Shown here: piece by piece, positions 46,487-56,875 of the stretch
Layout of the letters: each line of letters begins with the position of its first letter
Position numbering within the stretch: position 1 is the stretch's first letter
NCBI GenBank assembly: GCA_964422065.1
Contig: CAYQZW010000002.1
Location: forward strand, 1-56,875
Length of the DNA stretch: 56,875 nucleotides
Source: an uncultured bacterium
GTDB taxonomy: Bacteria > Hydrothermota > Hydrothermia > WGAB01
Direction of reading: 5' to 3'
Position numbers and translations under genes: made by a program
Notes under the pieces: generated by a model
What the model was told of the DNA's origin: nothing
The model's database searches: none
What the model saw: the letters and a program-made list of their open reading frames with translations, nothing else

Positions 46487-48022
46487 ATGCACCAGAAACT
46501 TGAAAAATTCCAAACGATCTTCCTTATCGCCGGGATCGGCTTCTTCTTGATCTCCTTCATTGGCATGGGGCTGGCCCCCTGGACCACCCTGAAGAGCCTC
46601 AGGCCCCCAGAGGGCGCACAACCCTATACCGACCTGGAAAAGTTGGGACGACAAATCTACATGGAAGAAGGATGCTGGCACTGTCATACCCAGTTCGTCC
46701 GACCTGTCGCCAACGAGCCTTTACGGTACGGCCCTGTCTCGACCGCAAATGAATACATGTACGAGATCCCGCAACTTTTCGGCACACGCCGCGTAGGACC
46801 TGACCTGGCACGTGAAGCCGGTAAACGCTCCGACGATTGGCAATATGCCCATCTCTATAATCCCCAATCCACGGTCCCTTGGTCGGTGATGCCAGGATTC
46901 CCATGGCTCTTTGAAAAGAAAGACGGAAAGATCGTTCCCACCCAGAAAGCCAAGGCTCTGGTGGCCTATCTGCAGTCTCTTGGCCGAGCCCAATTGCCTA
47001 CGATGCGTGCACAGGATTCCGTTTATCAGGCCCGGTTCACTGTGGGCACCCCACCGATGAAAACAGTGGAACTGGTCCAGCGAGGGGCGGAACTGTTCCA
47101 ACGAGAATGCTCGGGTTGTCATGGCCCTACAGGGGATGGCAACGGAACCGCCAAGCCCTTCCTCCTCCCACCAGCCCAGAACCTCAAAACCTCACACCCT
47201 ACGCCCTGGTATGTTTACAAAATCCTCCATCTCGGCCGCCCCGGCTCCTCTATGCCCCACTTCCGGCAATATTCCGAGCAAGATTTGTGGGCGTTGGCCT
47301 TTTACGTCGAGTCTTTGTATGAAGAGCCGCCGATCCCGCAAGACGCTCCCATTGAGACCGCAGAGCTGTTAGAACTCGGCAAACAGAAGTACGCCATGCT
47401 CTGTAGCTCCTGTCATGGACCGAAGGGGCGAGGGGATGGTGTTGTGGCGAGATCGTTAAAGCCTTCCCCGGCTGATTTCATCGGCCTACGGCCGTCCCCT
47501 GTACGCGTTGTGGAGGTGCTCAACAACGGCGTCCCGGGAACTGCGATGGTCGCCTTCCCACAGTTGACACCTCAAGAGAAGTGGGCGTTAGCGTATTACA
47601 TTTGGCAGCTCATTAGGAAGAGCCCCTCCACGCCAACTCCGGGTGTTGCGACAGCCACTGCCCCTGCTCCCACCTCTGCCACTCCTCTGACGAACCTTGA
47701 AGCCTTAACCCCACCTCCACCAACGGAAGACTTGCTTGCCCGTGGCAAAGAACTCTTCAATTCAACCTGCTCTACGTGTCACGGCGCAGAGGGGACCGGA
47801 AAAGGTCCGGCCTCAGCAAGCCTTCAGCCGCCCCCAGCGAACTTCACGGACCAAACCTGGAAGCACGGCGGAACGATTAAAGAGATTTTCAGGACTATCA
47901 CTCAGGGCAGTCCAGGTACAGCCATGGCGCCATACGCCCATCTTCCGGAGAACGACCGTTGGGCGCTGGCTTATTACGTGAAGAGTTTTTCGGACACAAA
48001 ACTGCGGGCTATGGTCAAATGA
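46487..48022 (+). CDS. Fused CcoO-like mono-haem subunit plus three cytochrome c domains (four CxxCH motifs)
   Basis: N-terminal TM and FixO-like CWHCHTQFVRP...RRVGPDLAREAGKRSDDWQYAHLYNPQS. Then CSGCH, CSSCH and CSTCH modules with Met-ligand motifs GSSMPHF, GTAMVAF and GTAMAPY. Confidence 0.85.
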   Translation: MHQKLEKFQTIFLIAGIGFFLISFIGMGLAPWTTLKSLRPPEGAQPYTDLEKLGRQIYMEEGCWHCHTQFVRPVANEPLRYGPVSTANEYMYEIPQLFGTRRVGPDLAREAGKRSDDWQYAHLYNPQSTVPWSVMPGFPWLFEKKDGKIVPTQKAKALVAYLQSLGRAQLPTMRAQDSVYQARFTVGTPPMKTVELVQRGAELFQRECSGCHGPTGDGNGTAKPFLLPPAQNLKTSHPTPWYVYKILHLGRPGSSMPHFRQYSEQDLWALAFYVESLYEEPPIPQDAPIETAELLELGKQKYAMLCSSCHGPKGRGDGVVARSLKPSPADFIGLRPSPVRVVEVLNNGVPGTAMVAFPQLTPQEKWALAYYIWQLIRKSPSTPTPGVATATAPAPTSATPLTNLEALTPPPPTEDLLARGKELFNSTCSTCHGAEGTGKGPASASLQPPPANFTDQTWKHGGTIKEIFRTITQGSPGTAMAPYAHLPENDRWALAYYVKSFSDTKLRAMVK

Positions 48023-48294
48023 AAACGTGGCTCAGTCGACTTGGCAGCCTCCTCATCCTGGCTCCCGGGGTATGGGCCTGCCCATTCTGCAACATAGATG
48101 GACCGGCAGTGCGAGTCTTCATCGTGACGGTGATGGGCTCCGCCATTCTCGGTGCAGTGTTTGTTTTCGTGTGGGCTTGGGCTTCTGGCCAATACGACAA
48201 TGTCGAAGCCCCAAAATACCGGATCTTGGAGATTGATGAGGAAACCTCCGTCAACTTGGGACCGGACGGAGGACAAAAGGAGCAGATCCCATGA
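48019..48294 (+). CDS. CcoS/FixS-like small membrane protein with N-terminal extension carrying CPFC
   Basis: ATGA overlap with the upstream stop. TM helix followed by SGQYDNVEAPKYRILEIDEE (CcoS-type SGQ[FY]DD...RIL.DD motif). The extra N-terminal hydrophobic segment carries CPFC. Confidence 0.6.
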   Translation: MKTWLSRLGSLLILAPGVWACPFCNIDGPAVRVFIVTVMGSAILGAVFVFVWAWASGQYDNVEAPKYRILEIDEETSVNLGPDGGQKEQIP

Positions 48295-48473
48295 CAAATT
48301 TTTTAGGGGCTATGGCCCAATACTGGGTGGCCGTTTTCATCGGACTCTTGGCATTGGGTGGGTTTGGTGCCCTCTTCGTTTGGGCCTGGCTGTCTGGCCA
48401 GTTCCGGGACGTGGAAGCTCCGAAACATCGAATGTTAGAACTCGATGAAACCACAGAGGTGAAAGATGAGTGA
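48291..48473 (+). CDS. ccoS: CcoS/FixS-like small membrane protein (second tandem copy)
   Basis: 60 aa. One TM helix, then SGQFRDVEAPKHRMLELDE. ATGA overlap with the previous gene. Confidence 0.65.
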   Translation: MTNFLGAMAQYWVAVFIGLLALGGFGALFVWAWLSGQFRDVEAPKHRMLELDETTEVKDE

Positions 48474-48576
48474 CAAGCAACATCCTCACAGTAAGCAAAA
48501 GATGCCTCTTTGGCTCCTCCTCCTCTGGCTGGCATTCCTCTTGTTCATCGTGACCTACGTCATCATCAGCCTTTAA
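48466..48576 (+). CDS. Unlisted 36-aa single-TM ORF (CcoQ-like position)
   Basis: Hand-translated as MSDKQHPHSKQKMPLWLLLLWLAFLLFIVTYVIISL. Its ATG overlaps the end of the previous gene by 8 nt. It falls below the ORF-track length cut-off. Confidence 0.4.
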   Translation: MSDKQHPHSKQKMPLWLLLLWLAFLLFIVTYVIISL

Positions 48577-48623
48577 CCCGTTCGGGCCAAAGGAAGTCCA
48601 AAGCGCTGGAATGGCGGGAAAGT

Positions 48624-48902
48624 CTACCCGCGCCTACGCTCGTGCTCGATCAGGTCTTGGATGTAATGGAGCAGTTCTTCAACAGCGGTTTCCTCACTCT
48701 CTCGCTCGATGTCCAGAATTTTGATGCCCCAGAAGGTGCGCTCGGTCTCGGGCCAGGACTCCTCGGTCAGTAAGAACCGATAGCCATGGGATGTCTCGAG
48801 GTCACGGAGACATTTCCCCAGCCAAAACGCAAAAAGGGGGGAGAGCCGTTCGGAGGTAAAAATCCGAACGATATTCTCCTTTTTGGTCAGGGCAATCTTC
48901 AT
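48624..48902 (-). CDS. Hypothetical protein downstream of panB
   Basis: 92-aa ORF with ATGA overlap to the panB stop and an acidic C-terminal helix. No recognisable motif. Confidence 0.45.
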   Translation of the reverse strand: MKIALTKKENIVRIFTSERLSPLFAFWLGKCLRDLETSHGYRFLLTEESWPETERTFWGIKILDIERESEETAVEELLHYIQDLIEHERRRG

Positions 48903-49738
48903 GGCCCCTCCCCTTTCTCTTCAAACTCCTCAAGACGGTAAGAATGTTCCAGAGTCGGGAACTTCCCCTCTAAGACGTCTTGCTGGAAGGACTTTAATGC
49001 CTCTCGGATGATCTTGGCCAATTCGGCGTACCGTTTGACAAACCGAGGTTGGATCTCCTCGTAGAACCCCAGGAGGTCATGGATCACCAAGACCTGTCCG
49101 TCGGTATAGGGCCCTGCGCCAATCCCGATGGTAGGCACAGAGAGTGATTCTGTAATCTCTTTGGCAAGTTCGTAAGGCACGGCCTCCAAGACCAGGGAAA
49201 AGATCCCCGCCTCTTCCAGCATCTTGGCTTCTTTGAGGAGCCTGGCACGTTCGGATTCTGTCCTCCCCTGGATCCGATATCCGCCATACCGATGGATCTT
49301 TTGGGGGGTCAGACCGATATGTCCCATGACCGGGATGCCCCATCGGGTCAACGCGTCAACGACCTCAACAACTTCTTCGCCGCCCTCGACCTTCACCGCC
49401 TGAACCCCAGTCTCCTTCATGACCCGCCCGCAATTGCGAATGGCCTCCTCCACCGAGACCTGGTAACTCAAGAAGGGCATATCCGCAACGACCAGTGCGC
49501 GTTTGGCCGCACGTGCAACGATTTTGGAGTGATAGATGATGTGCTCCAGGGTCACTGGAATGGTCGAATCTTGGCCTTGGACCACCATGCCCAAGGAATC
49601 ACCGACTAATAAAACATCGATCCCGACCTCATCCGCATATTTTGCCAGCGGGTAGTCATAGGCCGTCACCATCACGATCTTGCGACCCGTCCGCTTGTAC
49701 TTCAACAGCGTGCGGGTCGTAACCCGTTTCTTCATCAT
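48899..49738 (-). CDS. panB: 3-methyl-2-oxobutanoate hydroxymethyltransferase
   Basis: VMVTAYDYPLAKYADEVGIDVLLVGDSLGMVVQG and the full-length PanB pattern. Confidence 0.92.
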   Translation of the reverse strand: MMKKRVTTRTLLKYKRTGRKIVMVTAYDYPLAKYADEVGIDVLLVGDSLGMVVQGQDSTIPVTLEHIIYHSKIVARAAKRALVVADMPFLSYQVSVEEAIRNCGRVMKETGVQAVKVEGGEEVVEVVDALTRWGIPVMGHIGLTPQKIHRYGGYRIQGRTESERARLLKEAKMLEEAGIFSLVLEAVPYELAKEITESLSVPTIGIGAGPYTDGQVLVIHDLLGFYEEIQPRFVKRYAELAKIIREALKSFQQDVLEGKFPTLEHSYRLEEFEEKGEGP

Positions 49739-49769
49739 TCACCTCTTGTATGTAATCTTGACGTTTTGC

Positions 49770-50840
49770 TTAAAACGGTGTGAAGTCGGTTTTTTCGGTC
49801 AGCCGATGCACGAACGCCGCAATAAGACGTGCGGCATTGTCCAAGTCTTTCAGACTCACCAATTCACAGGGGCTGTGCATGTAGCGGTTCGGGATAGAAA
49901 TGAGGCCCGTAGCGACCCCCGCGCGCGTCAACTGAATCACATTGGCATCGGTCCCTGTACCGTACGGGATCCCCTCCACCTGATAGGGAATCTTCTCTGC
50001 CTCAGCGGTCTCGACCAAAAGATCAAAGACTTTGGGGTTGATGTTCGGTCCACGTGCGATGACGGGACCTCCACCGAGTTTGACTTCTCCGATCCGCTTC
50101 TTATCAATCCCCGGTTGATCCGTAGCGAATGTTACATCCACCGCGATCCCCACATCTGGATTCAGTCCAAATGCACTGGTCCGAGCCCCTCGGAGTCCGA
50201 TCTCCTCTTGAACTGTAGCCACGGCGAACAAGGCCGCCTGGATCCCGTACTCTTTTGCGTAGCGGAGGGCCTCCAAGACGACGAACGCGCCTACCCGATC
50301 GTCGAATCCTCGAGCAGCCACAATTCCGTTTCTCAGTTCTTCGAAACCATACGCAAGCACTGCAGGAGCCCCGATATCTACGAGTTTCTCCGCCTCTTTT
50401 TTATCCTTAACCCCGATATCGATCCAGAGGTCGTGCATCTTCGGAACGCTCTCCCGTTCTTTCGGGTCCATCAGATGGATCGGTTTCTTCCCAATGACCC
50501 CGGAAATGATTTTCCCCTTTTTGCCTCGGATCCAAACGCGCTGACCCTGGACAATCTGGACGTCCCATCCACCGATCGGGGCAAAATACAAAAATCCCTG
50601 ATCGTCAATATAACGAATCATGAGGCCGATTTCGTCCATGTGACCCGCAAGCATTACACGAGGTTTTCCATTCTCGTTCAAGGCAGCGATGGTGTTGCCG
50701 TGAACATCCACACGCACGGAGTCTGCAAACTCTTTGGCCCGCGTTTGCCAGACCTGACTGGCTTCGCCTTCAAATCCAGACGGGCTCATCGTATCCATGA
50801 GTCTTTTCAGGAACGCTTTGGCTTTGCGATCCATAGACAC
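49770..50840 (-). CDS. M42-family metallo-aminopeptidase (TET/FrvX-like)
   Basis: SPSGFE, LAGHMDEIG, FDDRVG, VQEEIGLRGA and SIPNRYMHSP motifs. Confidence 0.88.
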   Translation of the reverse strand: MSMDRKAKAFLKRLMDTMSPSGFEGEASQVWQTRAKEFADSVRVDVHGNTIAALNENGKPRVMLAGHMDEIGLMIRYIDDQGFLYFAPIGGWDVQIVQGQRVWIRGKKGKIISGVIGKKPIHLMDPKERESVPKMHDLWIDIGVKDKKEAEKLVDIGAPAVLAYGFEELRNGIVAARGFDDRVGAFVVLEALRYAKEYGIQAALFAVATVQEEIGLRGARTSAFGLNPDVGIAVDVTFATDQPGIDKKRIGEVKLGGGPVIARGPNINPKVFDLLVETAEAEKIPYQVEGIPYGTGTDANVIQLTRAGVATGLISIPNRYMHSPCELVSLKDLDNAARLIAAFVHRLTEKTDFTPF

Positions 50841-50844
50841 CTCC

Positions 50845-53057
<2,213 letters not shown>

Positions 53058-53125
53058 TTAGGGTTGTCCAGGAGCAGACCCACACTCCTCCTCGACTTTC
53101 CCAACCCAGAACTGTCTCTCCCCCT

Positions 53126-53145
53126 TTGATGTGAGATTACATCAA
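53126..53145. promoter_or_regulatory. Inverted repeat in the gap-operon promoter region (candidate regulator site)
   Basis: TTGATGT-gagatt-ACATCAA, 7-bp arms, about 85-100 nt upstream of the gap ATG. Overlaps a possible minus-strand -10 (TAATCT). Confidence 0.35.
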
Positions 53146-53339
53146 GCGGGGAACGCGTGAAACTGGCCCCATCCCGGCTTGACGACGAGTACTTCCAAAA
53201 GAGGGAAAACCCAACGGTCATGACCAACTCCTTTCCCAGGATAATACTTTAATTGCCCAGGATTGGCAAGTCAAGGAAAGTGGCGGTTTCCGGGAAATCA
53301 GAGGGGCCAAGCCATCAAGGCCCACAATTCTCAAGTTCA

Positions 53340-53368
53340 TTGACACCCCTTGGGGCAGAGTGTACAAT
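53340..53368 (+). promoter_or_regulatory. Sigma70-like promoter of the cold-shock protein gene
   Basis: TTGACA (53340-53345), 17-nt spacer, TACAAT (53363-53368). Predicts a 5' UTR of about 60 nt. Confidence 0.5.
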
Positions 53369-53435
53369 TGCGGTTGTCCTGCCTCTGGGTTCCCCAGACA
53401 GGTCAGAACTTTTAAACCATGGAGGTAGAAGTATC

Positions 53436-53651
53436 ATGGCAGAACAGAAGCAAGGGAGAGTCAAGTGGTTTGACTCTCGGAAAGGATACGGATTCATCGA
53501 GATGGAAGATGGGTCCGGAGATGTCTTCGTGCATTTCACCGATATCGTCGGTGAAGGCTACAGAGCACTCAACGAAGGTGAACTGGTGAGATTCGAGGTT
53601 GTGGATTCGCCTCGAGGGCCGAAGGCCATCAACGTCGAACGCATGGAGTGA
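53436..53651 (+). CDS. cspA: Cold-shock protein (CspA family)
   Basis: GRVKWFDSRKGYGFI (RNP1) and VFVHF (RNP2). Start set at ATG 53436 (GGAGG SD), not ORF-track 53253. Confidence 0.92.
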   Translation: MAEQKQGRVKWFDSRKGYGFIEMEDGSGDVFVHFTDIVGEGYRALNEGELVRFEVVDSPRGPKAINVERME

Positions 53652-53769
53652 GAATCCATGGCGCCCCGGGCGATCGGCCGAAACCGACGTCCGGGGCGTT
53701 TTCACTCACTGGTTCCCTCTCCTCTCTTTCCATCGTTCCCATTACGGGAGTAAGCAGGAGGCGGAAGGG

Positions 53770-54474
53770 GTGGAGAAGATTTTTGTCCAGAATCTTCTTC
53801 GGGCCATCCAAGATCTGATTGCCCCACCTCTCTGCGTTTTATGTCGTCAGTACTCTGCTCAAATCCTCTGTCAAGAATGCCTCCAAGTCCTGGAAAAATT
53901 CAAGATCCGACCACCCCGTTGTTATCGTTGTGGCGCCCCCCTGTATGGCCGAAAATGTAAACGTTGTCACGGCGTCCGGCTTCCTTTTGCCCTTGCCCGT
54001 GGGGCGTTCCTATATAGCGGACCCGCAGCAAAGATTGTGGAAGTCATGAAATACCAACGGTTTCGATCGCTCATTCCGTGGATGGCAGAACAGATGATCC
54101 CCCTCTTAGAGGAGTTCCAAGGACAGTGGTTGGTCCCGGTCCCCTTGCATCCCGCCCGCGTTCGGGAACGGGGATTCTCCCAGACCCGGGAACTCGCAAG
54201 TGCGATAGCACTAAAAACAGGACTCAAGGTCACCCCTGCACTCGAGCGAATTCGCTACACACGAAGTCAGACCACCTTGGTGCCCTCAGAACGGAGGAAA
54301 AATGTCCAGAAGGCGTTTCGTGCCCGGGCTGAAATCAAGGATCCGGTAATCCTTTTGGACGACGTCATGACCACGGGTGCAACGGTAAAAGAGGCCGCCA
54401 AGGCCTTGATCCACGCCGGTACCCCACGGGTGGAGGTCTTGGTCTTCGCCATCACCCCAGGCACGGACCTATAA
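53770..54474 (+). CDS. comF: ComF-family phosphoribosyltransferase-domain protein
   Basis: N-terminal zinc-finger cysteines CVLC...CQEC, CYRCG...CKRC, and PRTase motif VILLDDVMTTGAT. Start proposed at GTG 53770 (AGGAGG 8 nt upstream), because ORF-track start 53599 overlaps csp. Start uncertain. Confidence 0.75.
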   Translation: MEKIFVQNLLRAIQDLIAPPLCVLCRQYSAQILCQECLQVLEKFKIRPPRCYRCGAPLYGRKCKRCHGVRLPFALARGAFLYSGPAAKIVEVMKYQRFRSLIPWMAEQMIPLLEEFQGQWLVPVPLHPARVRERGFSQTRELASAIALKTGLKVTPALERIRYTRSQTTLVPSERRKNVQKAFRARAEIKDPVILLDDVMTTGATVKEAAKALIHAGTPRVEVLVFAITPGTDL

Positions 54475-54496
54475 AATTCATATCGTCACGGAAACC

Positions 54497-55723
54497 ATGA
54501 CTGCAAGACAGTCCATTGATCTCCTCTTGGTCAACGTCGGGGAACTGGCGGGTGTGTGGGAAGGCCGGTTCCAGACCCAACGCCAGACTTCGATCGCCAT
54601 CCATGCGGGACGGATCCTCTCTATCGGGCCGGAACACCATCTCCTTCAACAGTACCAGCCCCAAGAGGTCTTGGATGTGGAGGGCCGCTGTGTGGTTCCA
54701 GGATTCGTGGATCCACACACTCATCTCGTCTATGCGGGCTGCCGGCACCCGGAACTGGAACTCCGGCTCCAAGGCAAATCCTATCTCGAAATCTTAGAAG
54801 CGGGCGGGGGGATCATGGACACCGTTCAGAAAACAAGAGCGTCTTCGGAAGAGACCCTGTTTCTAATGGCACTCCAGAGACTGGATGAAATGCTCCGTCT
54901 GGGAACCACAACCGTGGAAATTAAAACGGGGTATGGCCTGGACCTGAAAAACGAACTCAAGATGCTGCAGGTCATCCAGAGGCTCAAAGAATCTGCTGTT
55001 CAGGACTTGGTTGCTACGTTCCTGGGAGCCCATGTTATCCCACCAGAATATCGCACGCACCGTCAGGACTTTGTTCAGGAGGTGATCCAGTGGCTTCCAA
55101 AAGCCCGTTCTATGGCAGAGTTCGTGGACGTGTTCATGGATGAGGGGGCGTTCACGGCCGACGAGACCCGTGAAATCCTGACCGTGGCACGAGACCTGGG
55201 GTATCGGATCAAACTCCATGCGGATGAGCTGGCAAATACCGGTGGTGCCCAACTCGCCGCAGAATTCCACGCGGTCTCTGCAGATCATTTGGTCCATACC
55301 GATCCTGAAGGATTCGAGGCCTTGAATCGTGCGGGCACTGTCCCGATTTTGCTGCCTGCGACTTCCTTCTTCTTACGTTCCCCCTACGCTCGAGCGGTAG
55401 AGATGTGGCGTCAAGGGCTTCCCGTCGCGCTGGCCACGGACCACAACCCCGGGACTTCCCCCACCTATTCGATGCCCTTTGTTATGCAACTGGCCGTCTT
55501 TGAGATGGGGCTCCAACCTTGGCAGGCTCTGGTAGCCGCGACTGCCCATGCAGCCCGTGCCCTCGGCTTAGAGAACCGTGTGGGGACCCTGGACCCCGGA
55601 AAACAGGCAGATCTGGTCATCTTGGACGCGGAGTCGTATATCCATCTGGTTTATGAACTTGGCCGTCCCCTGATCGCCGCTGTGTTCAAACGCGGCACAC
55701 TGGTTTACCCAAAGCCCACGTAA
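54497..55723 (+). CDS. hutI: Imidazolonepropionase
   Basis: PGFVDPHTHLVYAG, GGGI, KLHADE and ATDHNPGTSP motifs. Confidence 0.88.
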   Translation: MTARQSIDLLLVNVGELAGVWEGRFQTQRQTSIAIHAGRILSIGPEHHLLQQYQPQEVLDVEGRCVVPGFVDPHTHLVYAGCRHPELELRLQGKSYLEILEAGGGIMDTVQKTRASSEETLFLMALQRLDEMLRLGTTTVEIKTGYGLDLKNELKMLQVIQRLKESAVQDLVATFLGAHVIPPEYRTHRQDFVQEVIQWLPKARSMAEFVDVFMDEGAFTADETREILTVARDLGYRIKLHADELANTGGAQLAAEFHAVSADHLVHTDPEGFEALNRAGTVPILLPATSFFLRSPYARAVEMWRQGLPVALATDHNPGTSPTYSMPFVMQLAVFEMGLQPWQALVAATAHAARALGLENRVGTLDPGKQADLVILDAESYIHLVYELGRPLIAAVFKRGTLVYPKPT

Positions 55724-55736
55724 ACCCCTTCAATCT

Positions 55737-55952
55737 TCAGATCGGTTCCTCTTCTTCCAGAAGGAACCCCACTTCCAAAACCACTTGATACTGAGTCACT
55801 CGCCGGCCATCAATGCTCCCTCGAATTTCTTTTACTTCAAACCAACTCAGGTTCCGGAGGGTCTGAGAGGCCCGCCGAATGGCCGAAGCGATGGCCTCCT
55901 CGATACTCTCCGCACTGGTTCCCACCAGACTGATCTTCTTATAAACTGCCAT
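55737..55952 (-). CDS. Dodecin-family flavin-binding protein
   Basis: VYKKISLVGTSAESIEEAI...LSWFEVKEIRGSI...YQVVLEVGF matches the dodecin pattern. Start set at ATG 55952. Confidence 0.8.
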   Translation of the reverse strand: MAVYKKISLVGTSAESIEEAIASAIRRASQTLRNLSWFEVKEIRGSIDGRRVTQYQVVLEVGFLLEEEEPI

Positions 55953-56019
55953 GCTCAACCTCCTTTGGCTCAATTATACACGGCGATGACCTGTAGAATT
56001 TGGGCGTCAAGAAAGGAGG

Positions 56020-56874
56020 TTGGAGATGGCCGGGATCGTTGTCTTTGACACCCAAAAAATCGAAGAACTCCACGAGTTTTATACGCAACGTGCAGGGTTT
56101 CAAGTGTGGGAGATCCAGAAAGGTCTGCTGGTCTTGCGAGAAGGGAATCTGCTGGTGGGGTTTCACCCCCATCCAGATCGGCCTCCCACCCTGGGGACGT
56201 TGCGCATCTGGCTCCCTTCGCCGACAGATCTTGAGGAGCGGTATCAACGACTCCAGGATGTCGCTTCCCAGGCCCCGACATGGTCTACAGCCCCTCGGAT
56301 CTACATGTTTACGGCTCGCGACCCGGAGGGCCGGGTGGTCCACTTTCATTATCAACCTGGGATCCATCTCCCCTTCTTCTCCTCCGACCGACTTTTGGTG
56401 ACCCGTCGGAGCATCCGAGAGTTTACAGACGACCCCGTTCCCGATGAACTCCTATGGAAGGTTTTGGAACTCAGCCGGTTCGCGCCGACATCCCGCAACT
56501 CACAGTCCTATACTTATTGGGTCATCCGAGATCGAAAACTCCTGAACTTCTTAGGACAAATCCGTAAGGAAAGCGATCCCATTGCCCGTGCACCGATGGC
56601 AATCGCCGTCACAGCAGACCCTCAAAAGTCCAAACGTTACGAACAGGACGCCGTCATTGCGGCCTATCACTTGATGCTCGCAGCATGGACATTCGGCCTC
56701 GGTACCTGTTGGATCGCCGCGATGAATCGCCCGGATGTGAAGGAAGCCTTAGGAATCCCCATGGACCATTATGTAGCCACAGTTACGCCATTAGGGTTTC
56801 CGAAATCCGTGCCGGAGGCCCCATCCAGACGGCCTGCAGAGGCCATGGTCCGGTTTGTAAATACGACGGAATGA
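56020..56874 (+). CDS. Fusion protein: VOC/glyoxalase-like N-domain plus nitroreductase domain
   Basis: The N-terminal ~115 aa have a beta-alpha-beta-beta-beta pattern (GIVVFDTQKIEELHEFY...ARDPEGRVVHF). The C-terminal part carries RRSIREFTDDPVP, RFAPTSRNSQSY and GLGTCWI nitroreductase motifs. The stop is at the last full codon of the window. Confidence 0.75.
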   Translation: MEMAGIVVFDTQKIEELHEFYTQRAGFQVWEIQKGLLVLREGNLLVGFHPHPDRPPTLGTLRIWLPSPTDLEERYQRLQDVASQAPTWSTAPRIYMFTARDPEGRVVHFHYQPGIHLPFFSSDRLLVTRRSIREFTDDPVPDELLWKVLELSRFAPTSRNSQSYTYWVIRDRKLLNFLGQIRKESDPIARAPMAIAVTADPQKSKRYEQDAVIAAYHLMLAAWTFGLGTCWIAAMNRPDVKEALGIPMDHYVATVTPLGFPKSVPEAPSRRPAEAMVRFVNTTE

Positions 56875-56875
56875 T

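Overview
This is a dense, almost fully protein-coding 56.9-kb chromosomal segment with about 54 CDS, many joined by ATGA or short overlaps. I recognise no rRNA, tRNA, CRISPR array, transposase or integrase. In order, the window holds the following.

- An oxidative-stress triad: 2-Cys peroxiredoxin, a Fur/PerR-like regulator and GAF-type free-Met-sulfoxide reductase.
- Two paralogous thiolase-fold proteins, a mitochondrial-type citrate synthase and ispH.
- An 831-nt non-coding gap.
- An isolated nuoG-nuoI-nuoB module translationally coupled to an ABC-2 exporter.
- rpmF-plsX, a radical-SAM gene, and a stand-alone EF-G with a TPR lipoprotein, an outer-membrane barrel and a YprB-like exonuclease.
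- Rrf2 and TetR regulators with a TolC/MFP/RND efflux pump, a small P-II-like gene and DUF192.
- An envelope-glycan cluster: 2x GT4, a CgeB-like GT, DUF2723-TPR, an uncharacterised barrel-sandwich protein with an orphan V-ATPase-F-like gene, GHL10 and a parvulin.
- A 1076-aa GH57-like protein with a T9SS C-terminal sorting domain.
- A glucosylglycerate-type compatible-solute cluster.
- A cbb3 oxidase cluster with unusual architecture.
- panB, an M42 peptidase, pgk, gap, csp, comF, hutI, dodecin and a VOC-nitroreductase fusion.

The T9SS tail, DUF2723 and the compatible-solute genes suggest an FCB-group, possibly thermophilic, bacterium. That is inference only.

The best candidates for something undescribed are:
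1. the roughly 760-nt orphan non-coding stretch between ispH and nuoG;
2. the thiolase-fold pair, in which all three catalytic motifs are substituted;
3. the nuoG-I-B plus ABC-2 operon;
4. the barrel-sandwich protein plus solitary V-ATPase subunit-F-like pair;
5. the CcoO fusion with four haem-binding motifs and the tandem CcoS-like genes.

All functional calls come from motif recognition by eye. No database search was run.
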